Shown piece by piece: positions 30,153-39,242 of a stretch of DNA of 64,000 nt. Within the stretch, counting starts at the first letter, position 1. Each line of letters opens with the position of its first letter. Under the pieces are notes generated by a model. The model was not told the origin of the DNA. It saw nothing but the letters and a program-made list of their open reading frames with translations, and did no database searches. A program made the position numbers and the translations under genes. This stretch comes from a virus. Location of the stretch: positions 11,803-75,802 of the IMG/VR virus record IMGVR_UViG_3300030119_000552, one strand, 5' to 3'.

Positions 30153-31258
30153 AAAATATAATTGAGCACTTCTTAGAAAAAAATGTATCTGAGGCATATA
30201 ATATTGTTCCAAATTCTGTGGAAGAAATTGATTCACTCAAAAATACCGCAGTTGATATTGAAACTATAAAGTCGGTTTATTCTTATATATTTTCTAAAAA
30301 CTCTTCACTTGCAAACCCTATTGCAGTTAGTTCCAATTCGAAAGAAAAACACATAAAAGTTGCAAGAGACATTGCGGACGATTTCGATTTAAATTCACTA
30401 TCTAAAAAGTTCGGAGTTAAGTTAACGGCAGGTGACGGTTCACGTGGTCGCCGTGGTTCAAATAACCAAGGAACTGGGTTTGAGAAGGATCTTGTAGACG
30501 ATATAAATCTATTCATCGAAGAGGGAATTGAGTCAACGTCGTTCAAGTATCCATCTTTAATACAAGACTTGTATAAAGACATACTTTCCAAACACAAAAG
30601 CATTCAAGTTAATTTAGAGGGAGGTGCTAACACAAAACGACCACTTGAATTTACCGAGATAGGTGCTGTTATAGGTGGTACTGCAATTAACGTTGGTCAC
30701 GTGGTTACTGATGTTACTATAATCGGTGACGGAACTACATACTACTATTTATCTCTAAAAAGCTCAGGTACCGTCACCTTTTTCAATTGTGGTGTCAGAA
30801 AAATTTTAACAAAAGACCAATTTGAAAATGGAAAAATTACTAACAAAAATGGAAAAACAATTTTAGATATGTTTGGTATTGACGAGAAAAAATTTATTAA
30901 CATTTTTCAATCATATAAAGGTAAAACAAAAAAACGTAGTAAAAAAGAAACCGAGGATGTTACTTCCAAGGTAAACAAAAGATCTCTTCACAGAATGTTG
31001 CTCACTGGAATTGGATATGGATATTATATGCTTCATAAACGAGGAAAGAATGTTGAATACTATAAAATGAATGTGGCAAATCTTAAAAAATCTGTAAAAG
31101 TTAAGAAGGTGGTGATTCTATGGCCTGCTCCAGGTTCTGCAAAAAGAATTGATATTCAGATTTTAACTGACAAGTATGTGTTTAAGGTAAATATAAGAAA
31201 TAAACAGGGTGGTTTATATCCTACTCACATTATGTGTGATTATAGGTATATACAATAA
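30149..31258 (+). CDS. Putative PD-(D/E)XK-fold nuclease 3
   Basis: ATGA overlap with the previous gene. GFEKDL...VTDVTI...YLSLKS, C-terminal VNIRNKQGGLYPTHIMCDY. Confidence 0.6.
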   Translation: MKNIIEHFLEKNVSEAYNIVPNSVEEIDSLKNTAVDIETIKSVYSYIFSKNSSLANPIAVSSNSKEKHIKVARDIADDFDLNSLSKKFGVKLTAGDGSRGRRGSNNQGTGFEKDLVDDINLFIEEGIESTSFKYPSLIQDLYKDILSKHKSIQVNLEGGANTKRPLEFTEIGAVIGGTAINVGHVVTDVTIIGDGTTYYYLSLKSSGTVTFFNCGVRKILTKDQFENGKITNKNGKTILDMFGIDEKKFINIFQSYKGKTKKRSKKETEDVTSKVNKRSLHRMLLTGIGYGYYMLHKRGKNVEYYKMNVANLKKSVKVKKVVILWPAPGSAKRIDIQILTDKYVFKVNIRNKQGGLYPTHIMCDYRYIQ

Positions 31259-31288
31259 TTACTTTTTGTAAAACACAAAGATAGGTTC
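31259..31288 (-). pseudogene. Remnant 3' end of MTase gene (EPIFVFYKK*)
   Basis: Encodes the same last 9 residues plus stop as both MTases (31508, 33082); DNA nearly identical. Confidence 0.75.
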
Positions 31289-31291
31289 TGT

Positions 31292-31462
31292 CTATGAAGT
31301 TTGAGTTTCTAATTGAACTCTGACATACGGTTCACCCGTTTCCTCTTCATCTATATCGGCAATGTTGCAATTTACCAACTTTAAGGGTAATTTTTCAACC
31401 GACCCATCTACCTCAAACGAACATAGATCGTTTCCAAAGTAATCTTCTATTTTAATTTTCAT
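31292..31462 (-). CDS. small hypothetical protein (56 aa, not in ORF track)
   Basis: MKIKIEDYFGNDLCSFEVDG...VQLETQTS*; own promoter TTGACT-17-TATATT at 31469-31497. Confidence 0.65.
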   Translation of the reverse strand: MKIKIEDYFGNDLCSFEVDGSVEKLPLKLVNCNIADIDEEETGEPYVRVQLETQTS

Positions 31463-31507
31463 ATATATAATATAATATTATTATTATAATAAGTCAAGGT
31501 ATTTATA

Positions 31508-33085
31508 TTATTTTTTGTAAAACACAAAGATTGGTTCGTACTTGTGCAACTCTCCGTTTATTTGACAACAATTTTTGATTGTGGTTCTATCTCCACGCAT
31601 TGTTGCCATAAGCATTTTAAGAGTTTCAACATACTCAAGACCGTATTCTTGTAAAATGTTTTTGCTATCTTCTTCAAGTGGTATATATCCACCATCGTGA
31701 GTGATGTCCGCAATATTCCACAATAAATACCTGTCGTTTCTTAAATATTGAGATGCAGTTTTTAATGTGGGACGAAGAAAGTTTTCTTTCCAATCTTCGT
31801 ATGATGGAAACTTCTTGAAACTTTGTGTGTCATCTGATGAATATTGTTCACGATTAAAATAAGGTGGACTTGTAAATACTAAATCAAATGTTCCTTTATA
31901 CTTTTCAAATTCTTTGTTTCGGTGAATAACCTCACTTCCTTCTTGAAACAAGTCGTATGTATTGCGATGACCAAAGAACGGATTACCACCATTTGTTTTG
32001 TCGTTGAAAAAATCTGCTACATATTCGTATCTTGATTTGTTAAGTTCATTTATATAGTTGTCTGTATTTGGGTCTGTTCCAACATAATGTATTTGACGAT
32101 CATCTATGCTCATAGCACCAAGTATTCTTCCTCCCCATCCTGCACTTGGATCATATACAGTGAGATCATTTTTGTTTTCAATGTGGTCTGTATATTTTTG
32201 ATAAACGAATTTTGCAGTTAATGGTGGAAAGTTTACGGCAGGATGTCTTCCGAGTCCAAGACGAAGTGCTTCCATGGCCGATGGAAAGATAGTTGATGTT
32301 TTGTCGTAGTAACGAACACTAAATTTATATTGAGTTTCATCAAGTGTATCAAGTTTATCAAAGTCTGTATTAAAGTCTGTTGTTTTTTCTAAATTGCTGA
32401 TATTGTTGTGTTCAAGAAGGCCTTCTTTATACAACCGAAGTATTTGTTGAGCAGATAACAATAAATGATTTTCTTCATAGTCTTCAAACTTTCTTTCGGT
32501 GAAAAGTTCAATAATCCAAAAGTCATTGTCGGGATATAAATGTTTTTCTGCTATAAAGTTTCTAATCCAAGTTTCTCCATCGTTCGTTGGATATGGTACT
32601 TCATCATCGTTTTTTCTGATTGTTTTTCCGTGAGCAAAAAAAGCATCTCGTCTAATTGTTCTTCTCATTGTGACGTGGAAACTATCTCTTTTATCTGGAT
32701 CAACAAAATAGTCGTAAATGCTTTCTGAATGTGTACCGGTTTGCAATGCCATTTTCGTTTTAAGCATTGTTGGAAAAAACTGATCAATAACCGTTGCGAA
32801 CTTGTTAAAGTTTTTTATGATTGTGTTTGTTTTGTCAAGTTCATCAATATGTAAAAACTTGCTAACATCATATCTTTGTAGTTTATTAAATTGTGCAATA
32901 ATATCTTTTTCGATTTTACCACTTCTTGGTGGAATTCCTTTTTCATTCCAAGTAGTAACAATATAATCTCTTAAATCATCCAACCAAATTTCAAGTTCCT
33001 CTTTGCTTTTTAAAAGTAACTGATGGAAGGTTGTGTTTTGCTCCCAATCTACGAGGTTGTTTTTCTCGTAAAAATATTTCTTCAT
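31508..33085 (-). CDS. DNA methyltransferase-like paralog B
   Basis: Start MKKYFYEKNN (ATGA overlap). VNFPP, YDPSAGWGGRILG, GTDPN, FTSPPYF. Confidence 0.85.
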   Translation of the reverse strand: MKKYFYEKNNLVDWEQNTTFHQLLLKSKEELEIWLDDLRDYIVTTWNEKGIPPRSGKIEKDIIAQFNKLQRYDVSKFLHIDELDKTNTIIKNFNKFATVIDQFFPTMLKTKMALQTGTHSESIYDYFVDPDKRDSFHVTMRRTIRRDAFFAHGKTIRKNDDEVPYPTNDGETWIRNFIAEKHLYPDNDFWIIELFTERKFEDYEENHLLLSAQQILRLYKEGLLEHNNISNLEKTTDFNTDFDKLDTLDETQYKFSVRYYDKTSTIFPSAMEALRLGLGRHPAVNFPPLTAKFVYQKYTDHIENKNDLTVYDPSAGWGGRILGAMSIDDRQIHYVGTDPNTDNYINELNKSRYEYVADFFNDKTNGGNPFFGHRNTYDLFQEGSEVIHRNKEFEKYKGTFDLVFTSPPYFNREQYSSDDTQSFKKFPSYEDWKENFLRPTLKTASQYLRNDRYLLWNIADITHDGGYIPLEEDSKNILQEYGLEYVETLKMLMATMRGDRTTIKNCCQINGELHKYEPIFVFYKK

Positions 33086-34671
33086 TTCTTGTAAAACACG
33101 AAGATAGGTTCGTACTTTTGTAACTCTCCGTCTATCTTGCAACAATTCTTAACCGTTTCTGCTTTAACACCACGCATTGTTGTCATAAGCATTTTAAGAG
33201 TTTCAACATACTCAAGTCCGTATTCCGCAAGAATATCACGACTATCTTTTTCTAATGGCATAAATCCATCTCCATCTGCAATGTCTGCGATATTCCAAAG
33301 CAAGTATCTATCGTTCTTCAAATATTCGGCAGCCGTCTTCAAAGTAGGACGAAGAAAGTTATCTCTCCAATCTTCATACTCTGGAAACTTTTTGAAACTC
33401 TGAGATTCATCTGCTGAATATTGTTCACGATTAAAATATGGTGGACTCGTAAAAACCAAATCAAGTTTGCCTTTGTATTTTTGGAAACTTGGATTTTTGG
33501 AAATTTCCTCACTTCCGTCTTGGTAAACATCATAAGTGTTACGGTGACCAAAGAACGGATTACCTCCGTTTGTTTTATCATTAAAAAAGTCGGCAAGATA
33601 TTCATAACGACTTTTACCAAGTTCATCAATATAGTTGTCGGTGTTCGGATCAGTTCCTATATAGTGAATTTGCCTATCATGTACTGACATAGCACCAAGA
33701 ATACGACCACCCCAACCTGCACTTGGATCATATATATGAAGATTGTTTTTGTCTTCAATGTGGTCTGTGTATTTTTGGTATATATATTTTGCAGTCAACG
33801 GAGGAAAGTTTACTGCTGGTTGACTAAGACCCAACTTAAATGCTTCCATTGCCGATGGAAAAATTCTTGAGTTCTTGTTATAGTAACGAATGCTGAAACG
33901 AAATTCTACTTCTTTGTCATCTTCAAGTATAACATCATTTATATTTTCAATATCATCACCAAAGTTTGCAGTTCTTTCTAGATTTCTGATGTTATTGATT
34001 TCAAGCAAACCTTCTTTGTGAAGTTTTTTAATTTGCTTTGCGGTGAGCATCAAACTACTTTCTTCATATGAATCAAACTTCTTTTCGGTGAATAACTCAA
34101 TGATCCAAAAGTCGTTGTTTGGGTGTAGGTGTTTTTCTTTTACAAAATTCCTAACCCACTCTTCTCCGTCTTCGGTTGGACAAGGAACATCATAATCATT
34201 TTTCTTGATTGTTTTACCGTGTGCATAAAACGAATCTCGTCTTACCGTTCGTCTCATGCAGGTGTGAAAACTTTCTCGTTTCTCTGAATTGGCAAAGCAA
34301 TCATATACACTCCACGACGTGTGTTTGCTTGAACCTATTTTTGTTTTAAGCATGGTTGGAAAAAACTGGTCTACTACCGTTGCAAACTTGTTGAAGTTTT
34401 TAACGATTGTCATTGTTCCGTCCATTTCATCTTTGTGTAAAAACTTATAGGTTTTATATCCTGCTAACTTGTTGAAGTTGGCAATTATGTCTTTTTCGTT
34501 TTTACCTGTTCGTGGAGGAAGACCTTCTTTATCCCATGTTTCAACTATATAGTTTCTGAGTTCATCTATCCACTCTTCTAACTCTAAACCATTCTTTTGT
34601 AAAAGTTCGTGGAATGTAATATTAACCTTACACTCTGTTAAATTGTTTTTCTCGTAAAAATATTTTTTCAT
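33082..34671 (-). CDS. DNA methyltransferase-like paralog A
   Basis: Same motifs; colinear and highly similar to paralog B along its full length. Confidence 0.85.
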   Translation of the reverse strand: MKKYFYEKNNLTECKVNITFHELLQKNGLELEEWIDELRNYIVETWDKEGLPPRTGKNEKDIIANFNKLAGYKTYKFLHKDEMDGTMTIVKNFNKFATVVDQFFPTMLKTKIGSSKHTSWSVYDCFANSEKRESFHTCMRRTVRRDSFYAHGKTIKKNDYDVPCPTEDGEEWVRNFVKEKHLHPNNDFWIIELFTEKKFDSYEESSLMLTAKQIKKLHKEGLLEINNIRNLERTANFGDDIENINDVILEDDKEVEFRFSIRYYNKNSRIFPSAMEAFKLGLSQPAVNFPPLTAKYIYQKYTDHIEDKNNLHIYDPSAGWGGRILGAMSVHDRQIHYIGTDPNTDNYIDELGKSRYEYLADFFNDKTNGGNPFFGHRNTYDVYQDGSEEISKNPSFQKYKGKLDLVFTSPPYFNREQYSADESQSFKKFPEYEDWRDNFLRPTLKTAAEYLKNDRYLLWNIADIADGDGFMPLEKDSRDILAEYGLEYVETLKMLMTTMRGVKAETVKNCCKIDGELQKYEPIFVFYKK

Positions 34672-34672
34672 A

Positions 34673-35494
34673 TCAAGCACCAACATTCCAAAACAAAGCA
34701 CCTGGTTTTGCGTGTTCTTTTACAAATTTCCATGCCTTCGCATCATAAGTTGGAGCAGATGGAAATGGTGGCATTTCGTTTTCTTTTATTGCTTTATCAA
34801 ATGAATAATCTGACCTGTAATATGTTGCTCGTCCTATTTCTCTTTCATTCATTTTATGTCCAACAGATACTACACTAACAGGTATCTCAGGAAATGCAAG
34901 TTGTAAACCACGACTAATCGTTCCACTTGAACCAACACTCCATATTTCACTCGGAGGGTTTTTTGATAATGCGTTTCGTGCAACTTTTATAATACTTGCA
35001 ACAACCGTTGGGTGTTCTAACCCAATTGGAAACTCCATTCTGTTTTCTGGATCTTCAGCTACATATTTTTTTGCTCTTGATTTGGTTACTGATAGCATTC
35101 CCATGTTAACCCATTCGTAAATAGCACCAAGTTTCATTCCCCTTTTTTGATATTCGTGGTAGTTCTCTGGATTTCGTTTTGCCATGAACAATATGACCTT
35201 TTTATCATACTTTTTTGCTACAGCAGGTAAAGATATTTGTGCATATCCCGTTGCGGGACAACAACCGAATACTATTTCTTTTGCGGTTGTTTCTTTTATG
35301 AATTTATCAACGAATCTAATTTTGCTTCCGTGGTTTAAAAGGTCATCTCTGACTACATCAATACCATCATAGTTGATAATAACTGGATCTGGATTTGGGT
35401 CTTCCCAATTATCTACCAATTCAAGAAGTTGGTCTTCACTCCACATATTTCCTGTGTTGTCTTCGTATATTGATTCTATAAATTGTGATAACAT
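34673..35494 (-). CDS. PLP-dependent enzyme (fold type II, Trp-synthase-beta/cysteine desulfhydrase-like)
   Basis: VVRDDLL-GSKIR (Schiff-base Lys), GYAQ, VGSSGT-GL, PTYDAKAW, LFWNVG. Confidence 0.8.
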   Translation of the reverse strand: MLSQFIESIYEDNTGNMWSEDQLLELVDNWEDPNPDPVIINYDGIDVVRDDLLNHGSKIRFVDKFIKETTAKEIVFGCCPATGYAQISLPAVAKKYDKKVILFMAKRNPENYHEYQKRGMKLGAIYEWVNMGMLSVTKSRAKKYVAEDPENRMEFPIGLEHPTVVASIIKVARNALSKNPPSEIWSVGSSGTISRGLQLAFPEIPVSVVSVGHKMNEREIGRATYYRSDYSFDKAIKENEMPPFPSAPTYDAKAWKFVKEHAKPGALFWNVGA

Positions 35495-35964
35495 TACCAT
35501 TCCTTTGTGTTTACTTTTTTAGCTCGGGTTTCACTTAGTTCAACTCCCATTAGTTTTCCAAGCAACCTAGTTCTTTGGGAAGGACCTGGATTGCCTTGAG
35601 TGTTGTACATAAAATAACATTTTTTTGCTTGTGTGTAATCAATGTCTTCAAAGTTGGGAAACTGGTCAACTGCCAAATCGACTATTGAATAATCTGGCCA
35701 CATTATGAAACGATGCAATCCATCGTCTCCTGGTATTCCAGGTAGTTTGTATGGTTTAGAACCTCTTGGTGACAAATAGTAATACACGAACTCGGCAATT
35801 ACATAGCAATAGTTTTTGGTTGGGTTGTCTTCTGACCAAGATTCTTTCATTAACTTTGTTTTAAGATGTTGTGTTCCCATACACCTAAGTGATTTGTGTA
35901 ATCTTTCTTTGGTTACACCTGCTAATTTATACATTTCTTGAAGTCGTTCTTCCGAAATTTTCAT
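35494..35964 (-). CDS. hypothetical protein with possible Cys-His-Asp triad
   Basis: NYCYVIAE...LHRFI...IVDLAVDQF. Confidence 0.55.
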   Translation of the reverse strand: MKISEERLQEMYKLAGVTKERLHKSLRCMGTQHLKTKLMKESWSEDNPTKNYCYVIAEFVYYYLSPRGSKPYKLPGIPGDDGLHRFIMWPDYSIVDLAVDQFPNFEDIDYTQAKKCYFMYNTQGNPGPSQRTRLLGKLMGVELSETRAKKVNTKEW

Positions 35965-37247
35965 TCAATATAATCGTCTGCTTCTTTTGTTGGTGGGTAC
36001 AATGTACTACTTTCCACTAACCAATCTCTGAAGTTCTGATTTGCTTTTAGGTCGACAACTAGATGGTATCTATCTTCCGTTCCACCATTGAATGCAGTGT
36101 GTGGTTTTCTCATATCAAGATACCACAACTCACCTTCTTTCATTTTGTCTACCGTTTTAGAACCATCTGTATTCCACAATGTGAATTGAACCTTTGGGTT
36201 TGTTCTGATGGGAAAGTGTACTCTTGCCCATTGATTGTCTGATATACCTGCGTCTTTATCTTGTCGGTCTGTATGACGTTGAAGTTCACCTTCTCCACCT
36301 GCAAGTTTAAGAATTCTGATTCTTTCAAACTCATATGGAAGTAATTTTAAGTACTCTTCTACTGCCGGAAGTTTTTCACGCAACGGAGTGTCTTGAACTT
36401 TCCACTTTAGTTTTTCTGGATTTTCTTTTCTCCATTTGTTGTTCATTTCACTTGGTTTGATGATAAAGTCCCACTCACCTCCGTATCCTGATATGGTGAT
36501 ACCCGACCAAGAATCACTTTTGTTGTAATTAGAATAGTGATTTGAGAAATCTGAATTTACCTTATCTAGTTGTTCCATAATATTCTTTGGATTTGGAATC
36601 TTGGGCATGGCAAGTCTTTGTAAAGCAATTTCCTGTGCAGGATCTATATGTGGGTGTTCTCCACCCTTGAACCAAAATCCGTACATATCTGCGAAACTCG
36701 AAATTAAATTATCTTTGCGTTTGTAACCTATTGACTCAAGAAGTTCACGGATTCTTTTCAACTGCATATCGCATTCTATTACTGTAGTTCCGTCTTCAAA
36801 GAAGTTTCCTTTTGCTTCGTGTTTTTGTATGAGTTTTCCTAACCATTCTTCGTATCCCGGATAACACGCAACTTCTTGTATATAAGAATCGTTGGAACTC
36901 AATGTAATTTCTCTACCGGTGAAACTTACAATTTTCTTTTTCTTGGAGTGCATCTTAGGTATATCGAAGTATAAGATACAGGCTCGTATTTTTCCGTCTG
37001 TATCTTCTACCCAATCAACTTTTTCGTATGTATCTTCTTTATGACCAAGAAGTTTTTGGTTGGTCATGTTGTTTATTTTTCTGAATGGGTCTCTTAAACG
37101 AGGGGAATCTTTAAAAGAATCTTCTGGATGTTGTGTTTCCCAAAAACAACTTAAAAGGTTTTCGTATATAGGACTATCTTCATAAACCCACTTCTTTCCA
37201 TTGTGAAATGGTTTTGGGTATTCGAGTTCGTATTTTCTAAAATTCAT
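35961..37247 (-). CDS. GNAT-like domain fused to Asp/Asn beta-hydroxylase-like 2OG-Fe(II) domain
   Basis: C-terminal RIRILKL, HTD, RVHFPI, GELWYLD-RKPH, RYHLVVD (confident). N-terminal YIQEVAC...LESIGY (GNAT-like, weak). Confidence 0.7.
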   Translation of the reverse strand: MNFRKYELEYPKPFHNGKKWVYEDSPIYENLLSCFWETQHPEDSFKDSPRLRDPFRKINNMTNQKLLGHKEDTYEKVDWVEDTDGKIRACILYFDIPKMHSKKKKIVSFTGREITLSSNDSYIQEVACYPGYEEWLGKLIQKHEAKGNFFEDGTTVIECDMQLKRIRELLESIGYKRKDNLISSFADMYGFWFKGGEHPHIDPAQEIALQRLAMPKIPNPKNIMEQLDKVNSDFSNHYSNYNKSDSWSGITISGYGGEWDFIIKPSEMNNKWRKENPEKLKWKVQDTPLREKLPAVEEYLKLLPYEFERIRILKLAGGEGELQRHTDRQDKDAGISDNQWARVHFPIRTNPKVQFTLWNTDGSKTVDKMKEGELWYLDMRKPHTAFNGGTEDRYHLVVDLKANQNFRDWLVESSTLYPPTKEADDYIE

Positions 37248-37253
37248 CCATAT

Positions 37254-37282
37254 ATTATATGGATTATTTTACTTTCCGTCAA
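37254..37282 (-). promoter_or_regulatory. sigma70-like promoter of five-gene modification operon
   Basis: TTGACG-17-TATAAT, 6 nt before ATG 37247. Confidence 0.8.
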
Positions 37283-38174
37283 CAATTTTTTTAATGTAAT
37301 CTTCCAACTTAATTTTTGCTTGCCAACCAAGATGTTGGTACGTTAAAGAAGGAATTGCTTTTCCGTAAAATCGTTCACCACGACGTTCTGGAATCATAAT
37401 GTGCTTATGATTAAACATTTTTGCCACATCAATTATTTTATGTGGAACACCAGTACCAAGTGGGTACTCTCCTTGTTGTCCTTTTTCGGCTGCTAATACA
37501 ACTCCACTTACGATGTCTTTGATGTGAGTAAAATCTCTTGATTGTTCTCCCGGTTCTACAACCGTAAGTGGTTCTCCGTTTGCATATTGCTCTTCAAAGA
37601 TTCCTATCACGGTCGCGTAGTCACCTGTTCTTACTTGTCCAGGACCATACGCATTATAGAAGTATGTGATTTCAAATTTAAGACCAAACCAATCTGCGTA
37701 ATTGTTGATAAGTTCAACCATTTTTGCTTTCATCCATGCATACGGAGAAAGGTTTTCATCTTTACCATCATTACCGAATTTACTTGAACTTGCTGAATAA
37801 ATTAACTTTGCTTTTTTTGCGACACAATAATCAAGAACCATTTTTGTTCCTTGCATATTAAAGTCCCAACAATTATCGAAAGCATCAAAGCTCGTTACGA
37901 TTCGTGAAAACTCCCCAAAGTGAAATACAACATCTGGTTCAAACGCATCTGCAATATCCATCTTGGTATTGTTTACGTCAAATTTTTTTGGAATCAAAGT
38001 CTGAGTGTCTTTGTTAAGATAAGTTACTTTTTTACTTTTGATGTGATTGCTTTTACAACCACTACTATAATTGTCAATACTTACTATTTCTATACTCGGA
38101 TACTTTTTGAGTAGTCTTTTAATTAGTGCAGTACCAACGAATCCTGCTCCACCTGTGATTAACACTTTATTCAT
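37269..38174 (-). CDS. NAD-dependent nucleotide-sugar epimerase/dehydratase (extended SDR)
   Basis: VLITGGAGFVG, SASSS, YAWMK, FYNAYGP, RDFTH. Confidence 0.92.
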   Translation of the reverse strand: MNKVLITGGAGFVGTALIKRLLKKYPSIEIVSIDNYSSGCKSNHIKSKKVTYLNKDTQTLIPKKFDVNNTKMDIADAFEPDVVFHFGEFSRIVTSFDAFDNCWDFNMQGTKMVLDYCVAKKAKLIYSASSSKFGNDGKDENLSPYAWMKAKMVELINNYADWFGLKFEITYFYNAYGPGQVRTGDYATVIGIFEEQYANGEPLTVVEPGEQSRDFTHIKDIVSGVVLAAEKGQQGEYPLGTGVPHKIIDVAKMFNHKHIMIPERRGERFYGKAIPSLTYQHLGWQAKIKLEDYIKKIVDGK

Positions 38175-38196
38175 TATCAATAAATATTATGTAAAC

Positions 38197-38604
38197 CTAC
38201 TTCCTCTCTTTTAGACCAGTTAAATCACTTGAACTACGTATTTTATCGCCGAGACCATCAATCATTTCAATTCCATGTTTCTTGCAAACAACACTTTCTG
38301 GAACTTCACCCACACTTCTATCTCCACCATTTGCAAAGATGTTGGGTTTTATTGCATCAAGAGAAGCACACACACTTTTGTCTTCATCAATACTGAGAAA
38401 TGCTTCATCTACTATTCCGAGTGCTTCTACGATTTTTACTCGGTCTGCTTCGTCCATAAATGGTTTGCCTTTTTTAAGAACACATTGATGGTTGTTGTTT
38501 ACGATAACGACAAGACGATCACCGAGTTGTTTTGCCAATTCAAGATATTCCAAATGCCCTACGTGAATTGGATCAAAGTATCCACTAACTGCTACTGTTT
38601 TCAT
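38197..38604 (-). CDS. Cytidylyltransferase-like (HxGH) nucleotidyltransferase
   Basis: SGYFDPIHVGH, FANGGDR, KIRSSS. Confidence 0.88.
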   Translation of the reverse strand: MKTVAVSGYFDPIHVGHLEYLELAKQLGDRLVVIVNNNHQCVLKKGKPFMDEADRVKIVEALGIVDEAFLSIDEDKSVCASLDAIKPNIFANGGDRSVGEVPESVVCKKHGIEMIDGLGDKIRSSSDLTGLKERK

Positions 38605-38608
38605 AATG

Positions 38609-38980
38609 TTACTCCGATTCGTGTTTTTCTGGACGATCATAGTCATCTTGAACTCGGACAATGTCATCTTCACCAAAATAAGTTCCTGTTTGAACTTCCA
38701 CCAAAATCATATCTTCTGAATCACTTGGGTTTGCCATACGATGTTTTGCTTCAAGTGGAATCAATACGGTTTCACCTGGTTTGTAATCTTCCGTGACATC
38801 ATCCAAGGTTATTCTTGCAACACCACTAACAACTGTCCATGCTTCTTGTCGTTTGTGATGATACTGATAACTTAGTCTTTGTCCTGGTTTTACAAAGATG
38901 CGTTTAACTTTGCAGTATTCTGCGTCTAGGAGAATTTCATAATTTCCCCAAGGTCTAATGCTTTCGTCTTGTTTACTCAT
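38609..38980 (-). CDS. Cupin, mannose-6-phosphate isomerase type II C-terminal-like
   Basis: RPWG, RLSYQYHHKRQEAW, EVQTGTYFGEDDIVR. Confidence 0.9.
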   Translation of the reverse strand: MSKQDESIRPWGNYEILLDAEYCKVKRIFVKPGQRLSYQYHHKRQEAWTVVSGVARITLDDVTEDYKPGETVLIPLEAKHRMANPSDSEDMILVEVQTGTYFGEDDIVRVQDDYDRPEKHESE

Positions 38981-38984
38981 AAAT

Positions 38985-39236
38985 TTATCCCCACCTATCA
39001 GCCAAATCTTGTTCAGAAATGTCGGACTTTGTTTCTACTGATTTTATTTCCATATCAAGTTCTAATGTATCTATAATTCCATTTGCGGTATTTACCAAGT
39101 CTTCACATACTTGTTTTGGGTCTGACCACAACTTCAAATCGTGCATCATGGTAATATCATCACCGATTCCGTATGTACGAAAATCAAACTTTAGAACTAT
39201 CTGGTCGTTTTCTATTTTAACATCTGATAATTTCAT
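38985..39236 (-). CDS. hypothetical protein
   Basis: 83-aa ORF. Confidence 0.55.
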   Translation of the reverse strand: MKLSDVKIENDQIVLKFDFRTYGIGDDITMMHDLKLWSDPKQVCEDLVNTANGIIDTLELDMEIKSVETKSDISEQDLADRWG

Positions 39237-39242
39237 ATATAT

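Noticed and set aside
31259-31294. TAG recoding (genetic code 15), suggested by the in-frame TAG before EPIFVFYKK
   Set aside because: Long genes are uninterrupted in code 11. TAG ends the aminopeptidase and PhoH at natural C-termini, and no suppressor tRNA is seen.
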